A stretch of 64,000 bases of DNA from Candidatus Nomurabacteria bacterium (GTDB lineage Bacteria > Patescibacteriota > Minisyncoccia > Phycocordibacterales > UBA918): assembly GCA_020632155.1 (NCBI GenBank), contig JACKGE010000001.1, positions 156,011 to 220,010 on the forward strand. Direction: 5' to 3'. Positions 56,340 to 64,000 of the stretch are shown here, in pieces. Made by a program: the position numbers and the translations under genes. Position 1 is the stretch's first letter. Each line of letters opens with the position of its first letter. The notes under the pieces were generated by a model, which did not search any database, was not told the origin of the DNA, and saw nothing but the letters and a program-made list of their open reading frames with translations.

Positions 56340-57053
56340 ATGAAATGCTCAATACATAAGGGGGTCGGCTGGTTTCTAGTGTTTTGCTACAGCAGTCTCT
56401 TTATTTTTTTCTTTTTGCCCACCTTTGCTTTAGCGGCAACAGGTTCTGGCCCCAGCACCCTCGTTGATATACCACAGGTAAATAGTGCCAACGGTATTAA
56501 TGGATATATTGAAGCGCTCTATACACTAGCTATCACTGCAGCTTCCCTCATTGCTATTATTCAACTCATCAAGGCTGGTTCAAAATATGTCTTTTCAGCG
56601 GTGGTGACTGACAAAGGTGAAGCAAAAAAAGATATCCGTAATGCTCTGATCGGCCTCTTGATCATCATTGGTGCGGTCACCATTTTAAATGAGATCAATC
56701 CGCAGTTGACCAACTTGAATATACTCGGTAACGCTACGCAACTAACAAATCCGGGAGGGAGTAATGTGCCTATTGCCGAAGTGGGTGGAAGCGCTAACGT
56801 TAATGACATAACTAGCGAACAGCGCGCCAAGTGGGTTCAGGAATGTGAACGAAAAGGAGGTAAGGTTGAACTTCATGGAACTTTAGGACAAGGAGGAACG
56901 ACTATACACTGTAATGAAGAGTCAACAGGGCGCCCAACGCTAATGGACCCACTTCCGGTTAACTACACAGCAGCGCAATTAGCTGAGTATACAAAAAAGT
57001 GCATTACAGAATTACAGGGTGTAATGCACAATAACACTTGTGTTTCCAGGTAA
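56340..57053 (+). CDS. VirB2/TrbC-like pilin-domain protein fused to a different 5-Cys C-terminal domain; paralog B
   Basis: Identical pilin-like core; distinct signal peptide and C-terminal domain (…CERKGGKVELHGTLGQGGTTIHCNEE…). Confidence 0.5.
   Translation: MKCSIHKGVGWFLVFCYSSLFIFFFLPTFALAATGSGPSTLVDIPQVNSANGINGYIEALYTLAITAASLIAIIQLIKAGSKYVFSAVVTDKGEAKKDIRNALIGLLIIIGAVTILNEINPQLTNLNILGNATQLTNPGGSNVPIAEVGGSANVNDITSEQRAKWVQECERKGGKVELHGTLGQGGTTIHCNEESTGRPTLMDPLPVNYTAAQLAEYTKKCITELQGVMHNNTCVSR
56446..56771 (+). repeat. 326 bp direct repeat copy 2
   Basis: Identical to 55575-55900. Confidence 0.9.
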
Positions 57054-57074
57054 TAAAACCCTCTTTGGTTTACG

Positions 57075-57803
57075 TTACCGGTGCCTGCGAACAAGATACT
57101 CTTGCACAAGGGCCATCAGGTTTGAGATAGTAAAGTAGATAGCAATGGCCGCTGAAATGGTGTACGCCACCATGAAGATGATAAGCGGCATCATGTAGCG
57201 CATCTGAAGCTGCATGCTGCGCGCAAAGTCAGCTTTCATGTCGAGCACCTCATCCTTTTTTCGCGGCTCGGGTTTTGGAATGGAAAGCTGGGCGTGAATA
57301 AACTGGGTAATACCGGCCAGTAGCGCGAGGGGCAGACTTTTTTGGGTAATATCCATAAAGCCAAGAAAAATCATATTGACCGTTTCCGGTGTCGGCACAA
57401 AGGCGTAGAGTACTGCCGTGTTTATCTCCGGCAGCGGAACACCGCCGCCGCGGGCTACCGAGAAATAGAGCGCAATAATAATCGGTATTTGCACAAAGAG
57501 CAGGATGACACTTGCAAACGGATTAAGGCCAGCGTCACGATAGACCTCCATCATTTCACGCGCCTGCTCTTCACGCTTATCTTTAAGGCGTTCTTTGATC
57601 TCTTTGAGCTTCGGGTCAAGCTCTTTCATTATCTTTTGGGTGCGAGCGGCCTTAAGGGAGAGCGGGAGGAGGAATACCTTGACCACAATGGTAGTTAAAA
57701 TAATAGAGAGACCTACATCACCCCCCGGTACCACATCAATGAAGTACACAAGAATGTTATAGATGGGGTCAAAAAAGAATAAGTGCCAAATAGTGCTCCA
57801 CAT
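57075..57803 (-). CDS. yidC: Membrane protein insertase YidC (short Gram-positive/Oxa1-like form)
   Basis: 5-TM YidC core; canonical position downstream of rnpA. Confidence 0.8.
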   Translation of the reverse strand: MWSTIWHLFFFDPIYNILVYFIDVVPGGDVGLSIILTTIVVKVFLLPLSLKAARTQKIMKELDPKLKEIKERLKDKREEQAREMMEVYRDAGLNPFASVILLFVQIPIIIALYFSVARGGGVPLPEINTAVLYAFVPTPETVNMIFLGFMDITQKSLPLALLAGITQFIHAQLSIPKPEPRKKDEVLDMKADFARSMQLQMRYMMPLIIFMVAYTISAAIAIYFTISNLMALVQEYLVRRHR

Positions 57804-57820
57804 ACGTACGAAATCCTAAG

Positions 57821-58144
57821 CTAGGATAATTTAGTGAGAAGACTGGTAAGTTCGTCGCGCACCGCTTGATACGGAGCGTTTTTTGCGGTCGGTTTCACCA
57901 AGACAATATATACTCCTTTGGCTGATTTGGCCACTTTTTGGGCATAGAGGATGCCATAGAGACGGCGGCGCATGCGATTGCGGTCATGTGCTTTAGAAAA
58001 TACCTTTTTACCAACTACCACCGCGCCGTGGAACTCGTCACTTGGGTTATAGATGATGCCTACATACTGCCCATGTAGGCGGCGGCCAGTCTGGTAATAG
58101 TGATCAAATTCTTTAGTTGTGAGGCGTTGTTGTTTCTGTAACAT
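57821..58144 (-). CDS. rnpA: Ribonuclease P protein component
   Basis: VGKKVFSKAHDRNRMRRRL matches the RnpA RNR motif. Confidence 0.85.
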   Translation of the reverse strand: MLQKQQRLTTKEFDHYYQTGRRLHGQYVGIIYNPSDEFHGAVVVGKKVFSKAHDRNRMRRRLYGILYAQKVAKSAKGVYIVLVKPTAKNAPYQAVRDELTSLLTKLS

Positions 58145-58176
58145 ACTGATTGTAGTGTTATGTACTACTATACCAA

Positions 58177-58222
58177 CAAAAAAGCGCTGTCTCTAAGAAG
58201 GGGAGACAGCGCTTTTTTGTCT
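58177..58222 (-). terminator. Hairpin between rpmH and rnpA (gcgctgtctc…gagacagcgc flanked by A and T runs); attenuator-like
   Basis: 10 bp stem plus T-run on the minus strand. Confidence 0.55.
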
Positions 58223-58333
58223 TTAGCGGCTCTTCTTGACCGCAAGTGACGCGCGGCCTTTGCGGCGGCGGCTACGGAGAACAGCCACACCACTTTTGGT
58301 CTTGGTACGAGCCAAGAAACCATGGGTGGTCAT
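58223..58333 (-). CDS. rpmH: 50S ribosomal protein L34 (36 aa; [36 protein letters not shown]); not in the ORF track
   Basis: Sequence and position upstream of rnpA. Confidence 0.85.
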   Translation of the reverse strand: MTTHGFLARTKTKSGVAVLRSRRRKGRASLAVKKSR

Positions 58334-58472
58334 GCGCTTTTTCTGAGAGGGTTGATATGTTCGTTTTGGCATTGCGCGAAACTATACCGCAGCAATTACA
58401 AAAAAGCAACAGTGAGCTATATGGTCACATCACAAAGACATACAGTTTTTTGACGAACACGGGCTTTTATTG

Positions 58473-58575
58473 TTGTGCACAGTTTGTGCACACTTGACAG
58501 TTGGCGCTTGCAAAACGGTTTGCTGTTTTTAAAAAATTTCAAAAATGTTTACAGCCTGCGTGAGGTAGGTATAAT
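58473..58575 (+). promoter_or_regulatory. dnaA promoter region: two direct TTGTGCACA boxes (58473-58481, 58484-58492), then a -35 TTTACA / -10 TATAAT sigma-70-like promoter (58544-58575)
   Basis: Motifs read directly; TTGTGCACA differs at two positions from the DnaA box TTATCCACA and is palindromic. Confidence 0.5.
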
Positions 58576-58598
58576 GCTTGGTACGTTTGTTAATTCAG

Positions 58599-59993
58599 AT
58601 GTCAGTCATTTCTATGAATCCGATCTCACAATCCACCCCAAGCAGCATTGTGCACACCGAGCATATTGATGTGAAGAAATTGTGGGACGACGCACTGGTT
58701 AACATTGAACTCTCCATCACACCAGCCAACTTCAAGACTTGGTTTCGTGACACTCACATTGTGTCACTTGAAGATGGAACCGTAACCTTAGGTGTACCAA
58801 GTGTCTTTGTGCGTGATTGGCTCCAAGACAAATTCCAATCAATGGTCCTTAAGGTGCTACGCGAACTCACACCACATATTCGTAGCATCGAGTACGCAGT
58901 GGTACAGCGCAGTGACAAGCGCCATGAGACCAAATCACAAACAGTTAATGCCGCGCTGCCACTTGAGGAGTACTACATAAACAAAAGTGACAACCTCAAT
59001 CCAAAATACGTGTTTGAAACCTTTGTAGTGGGGCCATTTAACGCCCTTGCGCACGCTGCCGCCAAGACCGTGAGTGAACGACCGGGTATTACCTACAACC
59101 CACTCTTTATTTACGGCAAGACCGGTCATGGTAAGACCCACCTCATTCAGGCGGTAGGAAATCACCTTAAACGCGGCGGTAAAAAGGTGTTTTATGTGAC
59201 CAGTGAGCGCTTTACTGTCGACTACTTCAACTCCCTCCAGAATGGGACTGCGAACAACTTCAAAGACAAGTACCGACAGTACGATGTTCTTATCATGGAC
59301 GACGTGCAATTCCTTGCCAATAAAGAAAAGACGCAGGAGGAACTATTCCATTTGTTTAATGCCCTCCATGACAACAACAAGCAGATCGTGTTCTCAAGTG
59401 ATGTACACCCGTCACTACTCTCTGGACTTGAGGAGCGTCTGCTCTCACGCTTCTCACAAGGAATGATTGTTGATATTCCTGCACCTGATACCGAGTCTCG
59501 GGTAGCTATATTGAAGGCCAAGGCAGCACAAAACAGCATCAGTCTCTCAGAAGAGGTGGTTGAACATCTTGCCAACACTATTGAGGGTAATATCCGTGAA
59601 CTCGAGGGAGCGCTCAACACCATCATGTGCCAATCACAGCTTATGGGGCGTACCCTTTCGCTTGATGAGGTGAAGCTCATCATTAAAAACAGCACTCGGC
59701 CGCGTAAGACCTTAGCAGTGTCAGATGTGGTTGATAAGGTGGCTCGTTATTTTGATGTTGAACCAAGTAGTATCTATGAAAAAACGAGGCGCAAAGAGGT
59801 AGTGAAGCCGCGCCAACTCATTATGTATATCCTACGTGAAGATTTTTCAGTTTCTTACCCAGCCATTGGACAAAAGCTTGGTGGTCGAGACCACACCACT
59901 GTCATTCACTCGTGTGAAAAGATAAAGAATGAACTGAAAGGAAACAGTGAACTTGAAGAAGAAATAGGGCAGCTACGTATGTTGCTGAAGTAG
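58599..59993 (+). CDS. dnaA: Chromosomal replication initiator DnaA
   Basis: AAA+ motifs (GKTGHGKTHLIQAVGN… DDVQFL…) and the C-terminal DNA-binding domain; the first ATG lies downstream of the TATAAT; the ORF track used a TTG at 58578. Confidence 0.9.
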   Translation: MSVISMNPISQSTPSSIVHTEHIDVKKLWDDALVNIELSITPANFKTWFRDTHIVSLEDGTVTLGVPSVFVRDWLQDKFQSMVLKVLRELTPHIRSIEYAVVQRSDKRHETKSQTVNAALPLEEYYINKSDNLNPKYVFETFVVGPFNALAHAAAKTVSERPGITYNPLFIYGKTGHGKTHLIQAVGNHLKRGGKKVFYVTSERFTVDYFNSLQNGTANNFKDKYRQYDVLIMDDVQFLANKEKTQEELFHLFNALHDNNKQIVFSSDVHPSLLSGLEERLLSRFSQGMIVDIPAPDTESRVAILKAKAAQNSISLSEEVVEHLANTIEGNIRELEGALNTIMCQSQLMGRTLSLDEVKLIIKNSTRPRKTLAVSDVVDKVARYFDVEPSSIYEKTRRKEVVKPRQLIMYILREDFSVSYPAIGQKLGGRDHTTVIHSCEKIKNELKGNSELEEEIGQLRMLLK

Positions 59994-60004
59994 TGTTCTC
60001 CGGT

Positions 60005-60037
60005 ACACAAAAGCCCCACACTCTGGGGCTTTTGTGT
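60005..60037 (+). terminator. Terminator after dnaA
   Basis: acacaaaagcccc acactct ggggcttttgtgt. Confidence 0.7.
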
Positions 60038-60041
60038 ACCG

Positions 60042-60341
60042 TGTATAGCTGCTGGGACTACCTGTGTGTATACATTTTGGAAAGCTGTGTATACAATACA
60101 AGCACACTGTTTAGGTCGTGTGGATTAGGTAACAAAAAGTAGTCACTTGTCCCCACTACAGTAACCGCGTTACAGTATTCCCAACCATATACACAGCCAG
60201 CGGACACCTACTCACCAGTTTATACGAAAACATGTGGTTGGTTTTGCTTTTAAAGTAGGCCATAAAAATACGATATACACAGTTCCACAGACCTAATAAT
60301 AAAGCCTATAATGGTGATATTAAAAAATCAGTTACCCACTC
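60042..60341. promoter_or_regulatory. Candidate oriC in the dnaA-dnaN spacer: repeated TGTGTATAC and TGTGGATTA DnaA-box-like 9-mers on both strands plus an AT-rich 3' segment
   Basis: ctgtgtgtatacat, gctgtgtatacaat, tcgtgtggattagg, and the reverse-complement copies catatacacagcc and gatatacacagtt; AT-rich 60250-60340. Confidence 0.5.
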
Positions 60342-61436
60342 ATGCACATCACACTCGACACAAAAGAACTCCAGAGTAAACTCGAATTGGTTGGTAGGGT
60401 TAGTACCAAACATGTAACCCTGCCGGTACTCCAGTGTGTGCTTATTAGTGTACAAAAGGGAGTAGTCACCCTTAAAGCAACTAACCTCGAAGTGGGTATT
60501 GAAGCTTCGCTTCCAGCAAAAGTTGAGGAGGAAGGGGTAATAGCGGTTCCGGCCAGTGTGCTTATCCAAACTATTAACTACAACACCAATCGTGAGGTGA
60601 CCCTCCAAACCGAAGATACCACCTTGGTAGTTGAGGGAGGTGGCTCACGAACGCAGATCAAAAGTATTCCTCATGATGAATTTCCAACCATTTTGCGTCT
60701 TGATGGCTCTGGTCAAAGTGTGCAACGAGAATTATTCTCGCTCGGTGTCAAAAGTGCGGTCTTTGCCGCTTCACTCTCTTCTATTAAACCGGAACTGGGC
60801 AGTGTGTATATTTTTCAAAAGAAAGAACATTCCCTTACGTTTGTTGCTACCGACTCATTTCGGTTGATGGAAAAGACTGTGCCACAAAAGAACATCACCC
60901 TCGATTCGTCTCTTCTTATCCCAGCCAAGAACGCTACTGAGATAACCCGCATCCTCGACCTTATGAACGATGACCCATTGATGCGCTTTACTGAAAACCA
61001 GTGTTCGTTTGAATTTTCTGACGGTCTCTATGTGACCACGCGGCTGACCACCGGCTCATTCCCGGACTACGCCCAAATCATCCCTAAGGAATATGTCACC
61101 CACTCAACTGTACTCCGTAGTGACCTTATGCAGATCCTAAAAAAGACCAATATATTTTTAAACAAATTCTCACAAGTCAGTCTCCATGTCACCGACCGCT
61201 CTATTACTATTTCAGCTAACAACGGAGAGCTCGGTACCACAACCGAATCATTGGCCGCCGAAACTGATGGTGACGACCTGACGCTTAGTTTCAACCAACG
61301 GTATGTATCTGAAGTACTTGGGCATTTGGTTGATGACAGTATCGTTTTGCATTTTGCTGGCATCGGCAGGCCAATGGTGATTGAGGGGGTAAACGACAAA
61401 AGTGTGCGCTACCTCGTGATGCCAATGAATAAATAG
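60342..61436 (+). CDS. dnaN: DNA polymerase III beta sliding clamp
   Basis: Three-domain beta-clamp pattern; position after dnaA. Confidence 0.9.
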   Translation: MHITLDTKELQSKLELVGRVSTKHVTLPVLQCVLISVQKGVVTLKATNLEVGIEASLPAKVEEEGVIAVPASVLIQTINYNTNREVTLQTEDTTLVVEGGGSRTQIKSIPHDEFPTILRLDGSGQSVQRELFSLGVKSAVFAASLSSIKPELGSVYIFQKKEHSLTFVATDSFRLMEKTVPQKNITLDSSLLIPAKNATEITRILDLMNDDPLMRFTENQCSFEFSDGLYVTTRLTTGSFPDYAQIIPKEYVTHSTVLRSDLMQILKKTNIFLNKFSQVSLHVTDRSITISANNGELGTTTESLAAETDGDDLTLSFNQRYVSEVLGHLVDDSIVLHFAGIGRPMVIEGVNDKSVRYLVMPMNK

Positions 61437-61441
61437 TCACT

Positions 61442-61729
61442 ATGGCGCGCGGTGGTGACGTTAAAAAAGTCAGTGATCTCTTTGCAAAATATCGCAATGT
61501 GTTGCGAGCTCCGGAAGCCTCAGTCATAGAGGCTTTTGTGTCTATCTCCGAGGAACTTTTAGGGGTAGTGGTACCAAAAGAGAAACTCACCTACAACCCA
61601 CACACCAAGACCCTCTCGCTTCGCTTAAACGGCGCTCTAAAGAGCGAAATAAAACTTCATGAGCAAGAGATCATTGCGCACCTAAAAGGGCGTCTTGGTG
61701 TCCAAAACGCCCCCAAACACATTGTCTAG
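61442..61729 (+). CDS. DUF721/DciA-like small protein
   Basis: The C-terminal …TLSLRLNGALKSEIKLHEQEIIAHLKGRLG pattern typical of DUF721; location next to dnaN. Confidence 0.45.
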   Translation: MARGGDVKKVSDLFAKYRNVLRAPEASVIEAFVSISEELLGVVVPKEKLTYNPHTKTLSLRLNGALKSEIKLHEQEIIAHLKGRLGVQNAPKHIV

Positions 61730-61737
61730 CTAATAAG

Positions 61738-63963
61738 CTAGTCTTCTTCTTCGTTGTCAGTTGGCTCCTCATCAGCATCCTCTTTAGGGGTGGTTGGTAT
61801 CAAACTGCCATAGGTAGCTTCTTTCCATTTACTAACCCCATACTCCCAATTGGCGTACTGCGAATCACTACCCGGATTGGTTGGGTAGGGGCCGCGTGGA
61901 TCACTCTTGTTTACATAATGGAGTATCGAGTGGATATTGCTGGTGAGCATTGAGAGATCAAGGTCAGCTGGGTCAGTGCCGGCAGCAATAAGCTCAGCTG
62001 CCATGCGACCAGCATCGATGTATTGACCACGCAGAACCGGCTTAATGGTCGGGTCTATACTCGGTGCCTCGGAAAAATACTCAACCGGCAGTTTTTCAAG
62101 TGCTACATCCATGAAGGCGCGCCACATCGGTGTAGTAATAAGACCAGAGAGGCCCCCGCCCATCGGACTGTTATCATTGTTTCCCACCCAAGCGCCAACA
62201 GCAATATTAGGAGCGTACCCCATAATCCAAGCGTCACGGAGATTGTTGGTACTACCAGATTTGGCGGCTACGTCACGATTTGGGAAGTAGATGAGTGAAT
62301 TGCTCCCCCATAGAGGTGTTCTGGCAACGTTGTCAGAGAGAATGTCCGTTATCATGAGCGCCACGTCTCTATCAAGCACTCGTTCCTCTTCGACCGGTGT
62401 CTCCTCGATCACATTACCAGCCACATCTTCGATGCGCAGAATGCTACGGCGCTTTGCGAGCACCCCTTCATTGGCAAAGACACCATAGCCACCAGTGTGT
62501 TCAAGTAATTTTACTTCACCACCACCAAGTACCAGTGTGAGGCCGAGGCGGTCTGGGTCGTTGAGGGTGGTGAGACCCATGTCAGTTGCGAGTTTGATGG
62601 CGTCCTTGAGGCTGGTCAGGTACAGCGTCTTAACAGCTGGAATGTTGAGCGACTGTGCGAGGGCGTTACGCATTGTGATTGGCCCTTTGTACGCATGGTT
62701 ATAGTTTTCTGGTGAGTAACATGGTGTAGCGCTGGTGGTGTCCCACGGCTCGCAGGCAGTACTAAACTGCGTCTTTACATCAAAGAGGATGGTTTCTGGA
62801 GTATATCCCTTACTAAAGGCTGAGGCATAGACATACGGTTTGATAGAAGAACCAGGTTGACGATTGGCGAGGGTGACGTTGAAGTTACCGTCGATCTCCT
62901 CGTCAAAATAATTGCGCGAGCCGACCATAGTAAGTACGTCACCAGTCTTTGGATCGATGGCCACTAAACCGGCATTTTCCGCGTGGAACTTTTCTTTATT
63001 GATGTCGGCGTACTTGGCTACAATCTCCTCGGCTTGTTTTTGAAGATCCCAATCAAGGGTGGTGATGACCCGAAAACCGCGTTCAGCGAGCGCCTCCTCA
63101 CCGTACTCTTTGGCTAGTTGCTCACGAACGTACATAACAAAGTGTGGTGCTCGGATACCGGTCACTGCCTGAGGTTCGAATTCGACCACCTCTTCTTTGG
63201 CGGCATTATACTCATCTTCAGTAATGAAATTATTGATGAGCATGCGCTGGAGTACCAAGTCCTTGCGCTTATCAAGTTCCTCCTTGTGAGTACCGTATGG
63301 TGAGTAGTAGGTGGGGGCTTGGGGGAGAGCTGCAATGTATGCTGCTTCGGCAAGCGTCACCTCACTGGCGGATTTACCAAAGTAGGCTTGACTGGCCTCC
63401 TCCACACCGTAAATAGTGCCACCATACGGTGACTCGTTGAGGTAGTGTCCGAGGATTTCGTCTTTACTAAGCGCTTGCTCCAGACGTAGCGCCAAAATAG
63501 CCTCTTTGATCTTGCGGGTGATGGTTTTGTCCTGCTCCAAAATGGAGTTCTTGATGACTTGTTGGGTGATAGTTGAACCACCACGACCACCAAGCAGGTC
63601 ACCGCCGCGCAAGTTGTCAAAGGCGGCGAGCAATATGGCAAATGGCCGTACACCCCAGTGCTCAAAAAAGGTGTCGTCCTCAATGGCAACGGTGGCGTTC
63701 TTTATGTGTCGCGAAATGCTCTCATACGGAATGATGGTTCGCCGCACGTCTTGGTGGAGATCATAGAGCAGTATCTCGCCAGTTCGATCGTATATCTTAG
63801 TTGATTGCAGAACCCGACGTTCCTCGAAGGTTGAGAGGTCGGGTATATCTAAAGTTGATATCCAAAGAAACAGACCGCTGGTGAGTACAATCCCAAGCAC
63901 AAAGACTCCGATGAACGCATCGGTCAAGAGGTCTTTCCAGTGTTTTTTCAGCCAAGCACTCAT
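61738..63963 (-). CDS. Class A penicillin-binding protein (bifunctional glycosyltransferase/transpeptidase, PBP1A-like) with an acidic C-terminal tail
   Basis: GT51 motifs (EDDTFFEHWGV…GGSTITQQVIKN) and transpeptidase motifs (…SGSTNNLRD… KTG-like); start chosen at MSAWLKK. Confidence 0.85.
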   Translation of the reverse strand: MSAWLKKHWKDLLTDAFIGVFVLGIVLTSGLFLWISTLDIPDLSTFEERRVLQSTKIYDRTGEILLYDLHQDVRRTIIPYESISRHIKNATVAIEDDTFFEHWGVRPFAILLAAFDNLRGGDLLGGRGGSTITQQVIKNSILEQDKTITRKIKEAILALRLEQALSKDEILGHYLNESPYGGTIYGVEEASQAYFGKSASEVTLAEAAYIAALPQAPTYYSPYGTHKEELDKRKDLVLQRMLINNFITEDEYNAAKEEVVEFEPQAVTGIRAPHFVMYVREQLAKEYGEEALAERGFRVITTLDWDLQKQAEEIVAKYADINKEKFHAENAGLVAIDPKTGDVLTMVGSRNYFDEEIDGNFNVTLANRQPGSSIKPYVYASAFSKGYTPETILFDVKTQFSTACEPWDTTSATPCYSPENYNHAYKGPITMRNALAQSLNIPAVKTLYLTSLKDAIKLATDMGLTTLNDPDRLGLTLVLGGGEVKLLEHTGGYGVFANEGVLAKRRSILRIEDVAGNVIEETPVEEERVLDRDVALMITDILSDNVARTPLWGSNSLIYFPNRDVAAKSGSTNNLRDAWIMGYAPNIAVGAWVGNNDNSPMGGGLSGLITTPMWRAFMDVALEKLPVEYFSEAPSIDPTIKPVLRGQYIDAGRMAAELIAAGTDPADLDLSMLTSNIHSILHYVNKSDPRGPYPTNPGSDSQYANWEYGVSKWKEATYGSLIPTTPKEDADEEPTDNEEED

Positions 63964-64000
63964 ATGACACCGCTCTCTAGATGGGCGGAATATTGCCATA

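Overview
This 64 kb window looks like part of a small, gene-dense bacterial chromosome of roughly 50% GC. The gene content is Gram-positive or CPR/Patescibacteria-like: RNase Y, a PrgI-type T4SS component, many promoters with the -10 box directly abutting the ATG, and short single-domain proteins. About 70 protein genes lie on both strands, most of them recognisable housekeeping genes. The housekeeping genes I can place are ppaC, tig, clpP, rny, pheA, hup, upp, an ECF sigma/anti-sigma pair, corA, cca, xth, typA, mltG, csp, xerC/D, rpsO, pnp, comM/yifB, pcrA, rsmA, yidC, rnpA, rpmH, dnaA, dnaN and a class A PBP. There are four tRNA genes: Gly-UCC, Pro-UGG, Gly-GCC and Arg-UCG. The window includes the replication-origin neighbourhood, with rpmH-rnpA-yidC on the minus strand facing dnaA-dnaN on the plus strand. 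Three regions stand out. (1) A roughly 12 kb conjugation-like type IV secretion cluster at 45.0-57.05 kb sits directly beside the origin. It contains VirB6/TrbL-like, PrgI/VirB3-like and VirB4 genes plus several secreted and membrane proteins. It ends in two tandem VirB2-like pilin paralogs that share a 326 bp segment identical at the nucleotide level but carry different cysteine-rich C-terminal domains. (2) An AT-rich accessory island at 18.3-23.5 kb is built around tRNA genes. It carries a YraN-like endonuclease, a ParB-fold nuclease-domain protein, an HTH/LAGLIDADG-like protein ending 5 bp from tRNA-Arg, a duplicated tRNA 3' fragment, perfect palindromic operators, a pair of DnaA-box-like motifs and a 1 kb hairpin-dense non-coding tract. 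(3) Low-GC and high-GC blocks at 24.4-27.5 kb include a DUF4157-like HExxH protein. Several small unannotated ORFs and candidate ncRNAs are also flagged. No rRNA, CRISPR array or clear transposase was found. All calls rest on reading the sequence and motif recall; no searches were run.
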